From Candidatus Heimdallarchaeota archaeon (GTDB taxonomy: Archaea > Asgardarchaeota > Heimdallarchaeia > JABLTI01): a stretch of DNA of 64,000 bases. Where the stretch lies: positions 116,949 through 180,948 of the forward strand of contig JABCTZ010000017.1 of assembly GCA_018238155.1 (NCBI GenBank), given 5' to 3'. The notes below the pieces were generated by a model. That model worked only from the letters and a program-made list of their open reading frames with translations, made no database searches and had not been told where the DNA came from. Both the position numbers and the translations under genes were made by a program. Within the stretch, counting starts at the first letter, position 1; the number at the start of each line of letters is the position of its first letter. Shown here one piece after another: positions 43,963 to 52,511 of the stretch.

Positions 43963-45240
43963 ATGGATAGAATAAGGTGTGGAATATTTTCAGCGAAAAC
44001 AAATATCCCGTTTAGAGCCGGAAAATTAGCCGTTGATCGAGCAGTAAGACAAACACTTGATAGTCATCCCGCTTTGTGTTTAGTTTTCTTTTCAGAAAAA
44101 TATGCTTCCTCCGATTTAGTAGATGGAATAATGCGTTCAATAAATCCTGAGATTGTTGCGGGATGTTCAACAAATGGAGAAATAGCTTCAGGCTATTGGA
44201 GAGAGAGTGTCATTGCAATAGTTATATCATCAGATTATATGCGATTTGGTATTGCAGTGGAAGACAACAATAACTTAGCTAAAACATCAGAAGATTATTA
44301 CAAGCAATTGGTTGATAGTGCTCTTTATGACCTCAAAGTGAAAATGACACATCATTCAAAAATAGTCCCACCAAAAAATCAAGAAGAAATAAAACCAGAT
44401 TTTGGTATTGTGTTATTACCAGGAACAGATGATGAACTGAACCCTAAATCTAATGAAGTAATAAATGGGTTGAGAAAACATCTCGGTGATTTACCACTTA
44501 TCGGTGGAACGATTGGTGATGATTGTAAATATGAAAATGGATATGTGATCTTTAAAGACGAATTCTTGGAAAACCATACACTGTTAATTTTATGTAAATC
44601 TGATCTAAAATTTTCAATGGCACAAAAACACAGCTATAACATAATAGATGATTTTCTGCTAAACAAAGTAAATAGAAACAATCTCATAGAGCTAAATAAT
44701 CAGCCGGCTTCAGAAGCTTATTTCAATGCAATAAATCAACCTGTCGTTGAAATATCTGATATGCGTGATGAAATATGTGCAATTAATCCACTCGGTTTGA
44801 TAGATAAAAAAACAAAAGAACTGCAAATAATGTTTCCAATGTCTCGAGGGAAAGGAGCAAAAGAAATCAACTTGTCACAAGTAGTTCCAGAAGGAACAAA
44901 AATATTCCTAACAGAAGCTGATATGGAACAATCAAAGAAAACATCGCTAGAATCAATAAAAGCCGCTTTTTCAACAAGCACAATAAAAGATCCTCGAGTG
45001 GGCTTGATGTTTTCATGTGTAGGGCGGAGTACATTCTATTTTGGACGTGCATTAGCAGAAATAGAGGAAATAAAAAAGCGTTTCAAATACACCGATATTG
45101 GTGGAGCATATTTATATGGAACAGTTTGTGGGCAAAGTGATTGGGTATCAGAAGGAACAACATCAACACTTCTTATTGGAAATGACCTGAAAGATGAGTT
45201 AGTTGAAAAGAAAGAACAAATGAAAACAGAAGAAAATTAG
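43963..45240 (+). CDS. FIST signal-transduction domain protein
   Basis: GCSTNGEI, GGTIGDD, ELNNQPA, FSCVGR. Confidence 0.85.
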   Translation: MDRIRCGIFSAKTNIPFRAGKLAVDRAVRQTLDSHPALCLVFFSEKYASSDLVDGIMRSINPEIVAGCSTNGEIASGYWRESVIAIVISSDYMRFGIAVEDNNNLAKTSEDYYKQLVDSALYDLKVKMTHHSKIVPPKNQEEIKPDFGIVLLPGTDDELNPKSNEVINGLRKHLGDLPLIGGTIGDDCKYENGYVIFKDEFLENHTLLILCKSDLKFSMAQKHSYNIIDDFLLNKVNRNNLIELNNQPASEAYFNAINQPVVEISDMRDEICAINPLGLIDKKTKELQIMFPMSRGKGAKEINLSQVVPEGTKIFLTEADMEQSKKTSLESIKAAFSTSTIKDPRVGLMFSCVGRSTFYFGRALAEIEEIKKRFKYTDIGGAYLYGTVCGQSDWVSEGTTSTLLIGNDLKDELVEKKEQMKTEEN

Positions 45241-45466
45241 TTCTCAGGATGCTCTGAAAGAACATTTGCCTTGTCTCAACCTCTGCTTACTCATTTTGTT
45301 ATTATCGATGAACTTTAACACATAAGTAAAAATCTATGATAGTACACCACTAAATAATATTTATAAAAGACGAACTGTAAATATGAAAGAGAAAACTAAT
45401 TAATTTATAAGCAATCAAGAACATTAGAAAGATGAATAATTTCGTTAGTGCTGGAAAATACGGGAA

Positions 45467-46231
45467 GTGCATGGTTTAATGCCTATTGCTAGACAAGTTA
45501 TGATACTCACTAAAGATGGTTTATTACTCCTTCATTATAAATTTAGAGGGGCAGAAACATTGGAAATGGAAACAGATCCAGACCTATTCTCAGGAATGCT
45601 ATCAGCAATCCTTTCAATAGCAAAGGAAACGACAGGGGGATTAGTACAAACAATAAACCAAGATAATTATAACGTACTAGTAAGTGAAGGAGAGAAAATA
45701 TACGTCCTACTATTTATTGATGAAGAAAGTAGAGAATTATACAATATAGCAAAAGCAATGGTAGGGAGATTTGAAGCGAAATTCAAAGATGAGCTAGGCG
45801 GAATAATAACTGACGTAACAATATATAAGCAATTTATAGAAGAACTAGAAGAAATATACGCAGAAATATTTAGAGTAGATGCAGAATTATTAGCAAAAAT
45901 AATCCCGGAAGTAACGCAAATAAAAAATGTCTCAATATTTGAAAAACCGATGAATCATCAAGTATACAACGGACCAAGAGATCCATTTGTAAGTGAATAT
46001 GAGCAACAATTTCAGGAAGTAGCGCTAAGGATAATTGAATCATATGCAAACTTTGCCGAGAAAACATTGGAGTTCCATAGAAGAACGATTATAACGTTCA
46101 AAAATAGAGCAATTGTTCTTGAGGATTTGGGAACACACGTACTAATGTTTATCGGAGACCAGGTAGAAGATATTTTAGCAAAAATAAAACGGATACGGAA
46201 AAAAGCCGGCATATCTGCAACGGGAAGATAA
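45467..46231 (+). CDS. Longin/roadblock-like domain protein (Asgard-type)
   Basis: VMILTKDGLLL, DPDLFSGMLSAI.SIAKE, F..KF pattern; second profilin/roadblock-like half. Confidence 0.7.
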   Translation: MHGLMPIARQVMILTKDGLLLLHYKFRGAETLEMETDPDLFSGMLSAILSIAKETTGGLVQTINQDNYNVLVSEGEKIYVLLFIDEESRELYNIAKAMVGRFEAKFKDELGGIITDVTIYKQFIEELEEIYAEIFRVDAELLAKIIPEVTQIKNVSIFEKPMNHQVYNGPRDPFVSEYEQQFQEVALRIIESYANFAEKTLEFHRRTIITFKNRAIVLEDLGTHVLMFIGDQVEDILAKIKRIRKKAGISATGR

Positions 46232-46405
46232 TTTTCCCAACTATTTTTATTCATTATCAACGGATAAGCAGTAAAGCAATTTTTTTGACAACATTTTTAA
46301 AAAAGAGAGGCAGATATGCTTCTTGCCAAAAAAAAGCAGAGATAGAGAAAATAAGTAAAGTAGCAAACTAAATTGCCAAACTAACAAAATATTGGAGAAA
46401 CTCTA

Positions 46406-46954
46406 ATGAGAGATGCAGTAAAGAAAATATGGCCAGAAATAGAATGGATAAAAGAAACAGAACTAAAAGAAAACGTCTACAAAACATGGGAAGACGCAAT
46501 AGAGCAAAGTGTACTAAACGCAGAAGACCTGGAGAAAATACCATTCACCCTACTGATAAAAAATTGCAAAGTATCATTCATGGAACACAAAAGAGCAGTA
46601 GTACATATAGCAGTAGAATCAGCAAAAGTAATGAACAAATTCTTCGGAGAGAAGTTACCAATAAATATGGACTACCTAATAGCAGGGTCAATATTAATTG
46701 ATGTAGGAAAATTACTGGAATATGTAATGAAAGATGGAAAAGCAGTAGTAGGAAAAACAGGAAAATTGTTGCGACACCCATTCACAGGAGTAGGACTAGC
46801 AATGAAATGCAATGTCCCGGATGAAGTGTGCCACATGATAGCAACACACTCAAAAGAAGGAAACCTAGGAAAAAGAACAGTAGAAGGAATAATTGTTCAT
46901 CACGCAGATTTCATTAGCTATGAACCACTAAAAGATGACACATTGAAAGTATAA
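46406..46954 (+). CDS. HD-superfamily protein (HD motif appears as ID: ILIDVGK)
   Basis: EH..AV, DVGKLLEY, RHP..G, H.IATHS, HHAD. Confidence 0.8.
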   Translation: MRDAVKKIWPEIEWIKETELKENVYKTWEDAIEQSVLNAEDLEKIPFTLLIKNCKVSFMEHKRAVVHIAVESAKVMNKFFGEKLPINMDYLIAGSILIDVGKLLEYVMKDGKAVVGKTGKLLRHPFTGVGLAMKCNVPDEVCHMIATHSKEGNLGKRTVEGIIVHHADFISYEPLKDDTLKV

Positions 46955-47026
46955 AAAAAAAGGCTGAAATTAAGCCGGAAGAGCACAAACGCTCTTTAGA
47001 TTTTTTTCTAAGAAATTATTTTAAAA

Positions 47027-47776
47027 TCACTTAACGCGATACCAGTAAATATACTCCTCTTTGAAACCAAGCTTCTTATAAAGACGAAGAGCAGCGATAT
47101 TGTTCTTCATAACTTGCAAAAAGGCAGAAGTAGCACCATTATCCTTGCCAAGATGTAAAAGATGCAACATAATCTGCTCACCATAGCCTTTCTTACGCTG
47201 AGAAACCTTGGTGAAAATATCATAAAAACTAATCATAGAACCATCTAAAACAGCAAAACCACAAGAAACAACTTTACCCTTAACAAGTAAGGAAACATAA
47301 AAAGTAGGAGGAAGAATGCGCTCAAGAATATGAACTAAGGCAGAACGATTCTTAGCAGCAGCCTTATTTAAAGAGCAAAAAGAATCAACCCAAGTATCGG
47401 TAAGAGTAGTGAAAACATCGAAATCTTCATGCTCAGGGAGATAATCAGCAGTAAGAGACAAAGTTTGAACACTAGTACAATCAATCTCATCATAACCACG
47501 ATCATCAAGAATAGTGTCAAGATTAGTGGGAGAAGAAGCATGAGTCAACTTAAAAATAACCTTAAGACCACGACCAGAATAAAGACGCTCACAGTAAGAA
47601 ATCTTATCAGCAAGAGAAAGAGTAGAAGAAAATAAAGGATTAATAGAATTAGCACGCTTGGTGAAACCATCAGAAAAACGAAGTAACCAACCGTCATAAA
47701 CAAGAGTATGAAGAGAAGGCCAAGCAGAAAAAGATAAACCCTCAAGATAATGAATGATAGATGATGATGCTCCCAT
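47027..47776 (-). CDS. GNAT family N-acetyltransferase
   Basis: GWLLRF..GFTKRANS, QRKKGYG, AFLQV..NN.AA..LY.KLGF. Confidence 0.9.
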   Translation of the reverse strand: MGASSSIIHYLEGLSFSAWPSLHTLVYDGWLLRFSDGFTKRANSINPLFSSTLSLADKISYCERLYSGRGLKVIFKLTHASSPTNLDTILDDRGYDEIDCTSVQTLSLTADYLPEHEDFDVFTTLTDTWVDSFCSLNKAAAKNRSALVHILERILPPTFYVSLLVKGKVVSCGFAVLDGSMISFYDIFTKVSQRKKGYGEQIMLHLLHLGKDNGATSAFLQVMKNNIAALRLYKKLGFKEEYIYWYRVK

Positions 47777-47945
47777 GATTTGAAATCTCCAACCAAATGC
47801 AAACAATCAAACAAAAGAATGCTTGAGTCAGCACAAGAAAATAGTAGATGAAACACAAATTAAAAGGTAAGCATACATAAGCTAAACAAACGAAAGATTC
47901 AAAAAGAAAAAAAGAAAAAGAAAAAACAACAAAAAAGCAAATACA

Positions 47946-48054
47946 GGACGAGTGGTCTAGCCTGGCATGACGCTTCCTTGACGACGATAAAAAATTGCGA
48001 TTTTTGTCGGCTGAATGGAGGCTATCGAGAGTTCGAATCTCTTCTCGTCCACCA
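47946..48054 (+). tRNA. tRNA-Val(GAC) with anticodon-loop intron (~47984-48015), encoded CCA
   Basis: Acceptor GGACGAG/CTCGTCC, Val-type D arm GTGGTCTAG..ATGAC, stem CTTCC/GGAGG, T-loop TTCGAAT, intron hairpin CGATAAAAA/TTTTTGTCG. Confidence 0.9.
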
Positions 48055-48055
48055 A

Positions 48056-48634
48056 TTATTTTCTTCTTTCTTGTTTTCTATATCCTATTATTCCGAGAAT
48101 ATTTTTCTCTATGAATTCTTTTGTATCGACCCCTTCCATCAATCTCTCTTTTATTTCTTCTCTTATTTTTTCTTCCCCCTCTTCTCCTATTTCTCTATAT
48201 TTTCTTGTTCTCTCTTTTTCTTCTCTCTCTAGTTCTTCTTCTACTCTTCTCTTTCTCTGCGTTAGTTCTCTTATCTCTTCTCTTTTTTCTTTTTCTTGAT
48301 ATGCAGGCTCATTGTAATAATTCCACATTCTCTTCACTATTTCATTCTCTTTGTTTAGTGAGTATTTCCTTTTCTCATGTTTTAGTATCCCTTCTTTTGT
48401 TCCTTTTTGCAATTTCTTTATGAGCGTGCTTTTTTCCCAAGGCATTTTTTCTAGTAGTTCTGCTAGCGAGTATTTTTTCGAGTGTCCTCTCGTTATTTTT
48501 TCTTTTACGAATTCATTTGCTATTTGATATAGTATTTCTCCTTCTTTTTTCCTTATTTTTTTTATTTGCTCCACTACCTCCTTTCTTTCTTCTGTTTTTT
48601 TCGTCAATATTTCTAGTTCCTCTGTTATTGTCAC
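48056..48634 (-). CDS. Coiled-coil/wHTH protein (terminal gene of the Cas1-like operon)
   Basis: YSLAELLEKMPWEKSTLIKKLQKGTKEGIL..EKRKYSL wHTH pattern; stop codon 1 nt after the tRNA CCA; two decayed copies downstream. Confidence 0.75.
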   Translation of the reverse strand: MTITEELEILTKKTEERKEVVEQIKKIRKKEGEILYQIANEFVKEKITRGHSKKYSLAELLEKMPWEKSTLIKKLQKGTKEGILKHEKRKYSLNKENEIVKRMWNYYNEPAYQEKEKREEIRELTQRKRRVEEELEREEKERTRKYREIGEEGEEKIREEIKERLMEGVDTKEFIEKNILGIIGYRKQERRK

Positions 48635-48651
48635 TTTTTTCGGCCTCTTGT

Positions 48652-50535
48652 TTAGTTTATCCCCCGAATTGTCAGTGGTCTGAATCCTGTTGTTCTATGT
48701 TCTCTTCTCAAATTTCTTACCAATCGTTCTTGTTCTTCTCTTCCCATTACTTCCCATACTTTCTCTTTCATCACTGCCCACGGCAAGTATTCTTCTCCAT
48801 GGTGTTCTATTTCATAGTAATTACTTCTCCTGTAGAAGTTGTTTACCCATTGTTTTCCCTGCAAGTAGTACTCTCTTATTCCATTTTTCGTTTTTCTTCC
48901 ATTTATTTTCCCTCTTTTCATCTCTTCAATTATTTCTCTTATCTGCTCTTCTAGTTCTGTTCCATGTTTTACATAGAATATTTTCTGTCTGTTTCTCCCT
49001 CTGTAATGTTGTATCTTATCTACTTCTATCATCTCGTTTTGTAGTGTTTCTAGTAGATATGGTAAGGTTAGTATTTTTTCTTGTTCTCTCATATCCAGAT
49101 GGAATCCAAACACTCCTCCTCGCGTTTTTCCATGGCATATACCTGGTAGTCCATCCCAACAGAATTCTATGTCCATGAGGTATTCCTTCACAAATTCTCC
49201 TGCAATTCCGAATTCTCCATTTATCAGTGTATCAATTGCTGAGTAAGCGAAAAATCTCTTATATGGTATTGACATATCCGTTACTAATCTGCTATCTACT
49301 CTTCCCGGAAAGTCTATTCCCAATTTCTTTAGATAGATTCTTACTATTCCCCACATTTCTTTTCCTGCTCTCATCTCATAGAGATTCCATTCTTTCGCTG
49401 TTATCCATCTTTTATTATTCACTTCTAAGATTAATTCTTCTATTTTCTTTCTTGCCCTTTTCACTTCAATTTCATTTGCTTTTTTGAATTGTTCATTTAT
49501 TTTCTCTATCACTGTTATTCTGCTTAGGAGCATTGCTATACAGAATTCTTTGTTAACGATCTTTATTTCCCGTAATAATCTCAGTAATCCTATATGTTGT
49601 TTCACTGGCGGTGGACTTACTAATTTCTCTACTCCCAGTATAACATCTATCTCTCTGTATCCTTTCTCATTTAGGAGTTCGACTATTGTTTCATAATCCT
49701 CTTTTCTTTTAGCAACTACATATTTAATATCATTTAATTTTCCTATCCAATTATTGACAGCCATTGTTTTTGTTCTAAAATTAAAACTGGCATCTCTCAG
49801 ATCATGGATAACTATCCCGAATTTATCACTCGAGTAAAGTACTCCCGGTTCCCCTCCTCCTGTTGCTTTTGTGAAATTCTCTTTATACTCTACTCCATTT
49901 TCTATGTTGTAATGAACTCTGAATTCTTCTTTTTTCTTATCGAATAGTGTCTTGTAATATGTATCACAATTTTCGCATCTTAGTACTGAGCTTCCCAGCT
50001 TCGTGATGTAGTTATTTCCTAGAGTCGTTAATTCTGCTTGGCATTTCTCGTTTGCACAATGATAGCTTATCCTAAACCCGTTTTCCGTTTCTGTTATTCT
50101 TCTGTTTTCGTCTAGGAAAACTTCTAGTTTTCTGCTATATAGCTGATTTTCTACTTCGATGAAATCATCACAAGCTACTGTATTTTTCGTTAATTTTGCT
50201 TTTACTCTATCTGCCCTGATTATTATTCCTCTTTCTGCTAGTTCATCATGGTAGGTGCATCTTCTATTTTTACTTTTATTTTTACATTCGGAACATTTCC
50301 TTCCGAGATATTTTGGCCACTGCGCATTCGTTGTTTTATAATACGTAACTCCTCCCTTCGGTCTAGCTACTCTTTTTCCCTCAATTAACCCCTTTTTTTC
50401 TAATATCTTAACATGTTTATGCACTACTCCATTTGATCGATCAAGCTCTTCAACTAACTCTGAAATTGTTACAGGATATTTTTCCGGTTTTTTTCTTATT
50501 ATCCTGAGTATTTCACTTTGAATATCTGTTGCCAT
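48652..50535 (-). CDS. Divergent Cas1-family (Cas1-solo/casposase-like) protein with N-terminal wHTH and two Cys clusters
   Basis: aa~235-570 follow Cas1 motif order: LNDIKYVV..ELLNEKG; YE387MRAGKEMW (EGxAAxxYW); DFPGR; AYSAIDTLINGEFG (AxDPxNAxLNYGY); PGICH468; FHLD481MRE484QEK (LxLDLMEEFR). Confidence 0.75.
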   Translation of the reverse strand: MATDIQSEILRIIRKKPEKYPVTISELVEELDRSNGVVHKHVKILEKKGLIEGKRVARPKGGVTYYKTTNAQWPKYLGRKCSECKNKSKNRRCTYHDELAERGIIIRADRVKAKLTKNTVACDDFIEVENQLYSRKLEVFLDENRRITETENGFRISYHCANEKCQAELTTLGNNYITKLGSSVLRCENCDTYYKTLFDKKKEEFRVHYNIENGVEYKENFTKATGGGEPGVLYSSDKFGIVIHDLRDASFNFRTKTMAVNNWIGKLNDIKYVVAKRKEDYETIVELLNEKGYREIDVILGVEKLVSPPPVKQHIGLLRLLREIKIVNKEFCIAMLLSRITVIEKINEQFKKANEIEVKRARKKIEELILEVNNKRWITAKEWNLYEMRAGKEMWGIVRIYLKKLGIDFPGRVDSRLVTDMSIPYKRFFAYSAIDTLINGEFGIAGEFVKEYLMDIEFCWDGLPGICHGKTRGGVFGFHLDMREQEKILTLPYLLETLQNEMIEVDKIQHYRGRNRQKIFYVKHGTELEEQIREIIEEMKRGKINGRKTKNGIREYYLQGKQWVNNFYRRSNYYEIEHHGEEYLPWAVMKEKVWEVMGREEQERLVRNLRREHRTTGFRPLTIRGIN

Positions 50536-50594
50536 TTCTAAACCTCTGAAGTGATCGAGTATTCTTTTTCATTTTTTCTTCTCCTCTTCTCTCC

Positions 50595-51206
50595 TCACTC
50601 ATTTGTTTCTGACCAAAACCTGTTATACGTTTCTTCTCTTCCTATTCCTTCATCATAATTTGCATATACTCCTATTCGAAAATTCTGCAATGCTTCCTCA
50701 ACAATTTCCTCTGTTGAGCTATTGCTATTTTCATAAGTCGTTTTTGAGAAATTCTCTACTAATTCAACAATATCTCCCTCAGTTATTTTCTGTAGGATAG
50801 TATCAATTTCTTTGTCTTGTTCCTGATAGTTATTATTGAATTCCTTAGTTAGAACGATTTCTTTCTCAATTCTCCCTATTTCTTTAAGGAGATCTGTTTT
50901 CAATTCTTGTTCTGATTCTGCATAGCAAAAACATGGATCGATAAATGCCATTCTAGAATATAGTTCATTATTTGTTAGCGTGTGTTTTATCCACAGTTTA
51001 TTTTCCTTCTTCTTTGTTATCATTTTCTCTTTTTCTATCAAAGAATCTATTGCTACTGCAACTGACTTTTCGTGTCGATTAATCTCACAAGCAAGCCCTT
51101 TTCGACCTCTAACATACCATTCCCCTTCACCCTTTATTTCTCTCAGAACAAAGAACCAAATAATTTCTACTTCCACTTTATTCAAACGTTCAAAATTATC
51201 AATCAA
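50595..51206 (-). CDS. Putative wHTH DNA-binding protein
   Basis: GRKGLACEINRHEKSVAVAIDSLIEKEKMITKK HTH-wing pattern; first gene of the Cas1-like operon. Confidence 0.6.
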   Translation of the reverse strand: MIDNFERLNKVEVEIIWFFVLREIKGEGEWYVRGRKGLACEINRHEKSVAVAIDSLIEKEKMITKKKENKLWIKHTLTNNELYSRMAFIDPCFCYAESEQELKTDLLKEIGRIEKEIVLTKEFNNNYQEQDKEIDTILQKITEGDIVELVENFSKTTYENSNSSTEEIVEEALQNFRIGVYANYDEGIGREETYNRFWSETNE

Positions 51207-51284
51207 TTATTTTTGTCCCTTCATATCACTGCTAGTATTCTACTGACAAAAATAGCTTTATAAAGTGCTAAATGGTCTCTTTTT

Positions 51285-52064
51285 TTGTTCTTTAAAAGGA
51301 TAATTTTCCAGTGTTTATTGAGAAAATTGCTTGAGAACGATTTCATCCTTAGTAAAACTGGTTTTATTGCCTACTTAGAATGTCCATTCCAGTTCTATCT
51401 ACAGAAGGAACTACAACATCACAAAGGATCAGGTGGAAACATTGATCACTCTGGATATGAATCCTTTTTACAGAGAGGTCTGGAAAAACACAAATGGTTG
51501 GAATGTTTCTATCAAGAGTATGGAACAAAAATAAGGAATGATGTTTATCCTAGATTAGACCAATCGGATGAAGATGCTTTTTGGAAACAACAATTCATAG
51601 ATTTTGAAATTAAACGATATGTCTCAGAGCCTAAATTTTGGGAACCTGTAGCAGTGGAGTATTATTTGAACGATGGAGTTTTTTGTGGGAAAATTGATCG
51701 AATTGATAGAATAAGTGATTTAGGTCATTGCCGTATAGTAGAATATAAATCGTCTCCGAAAGAATTCGATAAAGAAGAATTACTTTTCTATGCAGTTCTT
51801 TTAGCAAGTCAGTTACCTACTTTGGATTTACCAGATATTACTAAAGTGACTGAGTTAGGCATGTATTATTATTCATCTTCAGAATATTTTTCAACATTAA
51901 TTACAATGGACAATATTGTTACTTTTAGAGAGTATCTTGAAGAAATACTCCTGGAAATAGTAAATCCACAATCAATCAAAAAGAAAAAAAGATGTGATTT
52001 TGCTGTTACTACTTGTCTTTTTAGGCATATTTGCCAAAGAATTAACATTAAAAACAGAAAATAA
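51285..52064 (+). CDS. Cas4/AddB-like PD-(D/E)XK nuclease with four-Cys cluster
   Basis: LSKT....YLECP.QFY, G...H, AVE, GKIDRID, IVEYKS, LLFYA, C-terminal C......C.....C. Confidence 0.85.
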   Translation: MFFKRIIFQCLLRKLLENDFILSKTGFIAYLECPFQFYLQKELQHHKGSGGNIDHSGYESFLQRGLEKHKWLECFYQEYGTKIRNDVYPRLDQSDEDAFWKQQFIDFEIKRYVSEPKFWEPVAVEYYLNDGVFCGKIDRIDRISDLGHCRIVEYKSSPKEFDKEELLFYAVLLASQLPTLDLPDITKVTELGMYYYSSSEYFSTLITMDNIVTFREYLEEILLEIVNPQSIKKKKRCDFAVTTCLFRHICQRINIKNRK

Positions 52065-52200
52065 TTGGACTTTCGAAAATATAGGTTCTTTATCCTTGGA
52101 AAAATTTCGGACTTTCTAATTTTATACCTTTTTTTTGATGGAAAAAAATCGGACTTTCGAAGTTCTTGCAGACCAAAGGATATTTTTTCGGACTTTCGAA
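52056..52200 (+). repeat. Four phased direct repeats, core (TC)GGACTTTC(G)AA
   Basis: Cores start at 52067, 52109, 52151, 52190 (spacing 42/42/39 bp). Confidence 0.85.
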
Positions 52201-52511
52201 AAAACTACTTTGCTAAGAATACCAAAAATCGTCTCTAGAACCGTCTAAGTAACAAAAATGCTGCGGAAATACCTCCCTTTTATACTTATACTGATTTTCT
52301 ATTGGTGTCTAAATTTTGTTTCAGAATATTTGATAAGTTTTTGAAATAATTGTTGAAAAAAAGCTAATTGAAAAATCCCAATTGAAGCTCACATGTCAAA
52401 CCGTAAAAGAGGACTCCATCTTGCGATGGAGAAATAGGCGTACAGCCGTCTATTGATTTCCTTACCTTTTATTTGAGCATTAATTTCAAATATACAGAAA
52501 TTCTGAAATCT

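Noticed and set aside
47429-49696. Many overlapping F/S/L-rich or K/R-rich ORFs (e.g. 47978, 48015, 48121, 48517, 48690; also 46429, 59198)
   Set aside because: Shadow frames caused by extreme strand skew; they overlap the tRNA or well-supported genes.
52151-52161. Reverse complement of the iteron core (TTCGAAAGTCC) resembles the R5 5' edge (TTTGGAAGTCC), suggesting inverted element ends
   Set aside because: 9/11 match in AT-rich DNA, and AAGTCC is already explained by the tRNA variable loop; too weak.
52056-52200. Canonical CRISPR array
   Set aside because: Conserved core is only ~11-13 nt and linkers are short; no cas2 or effector genes. Kept as iteron-like repeats.
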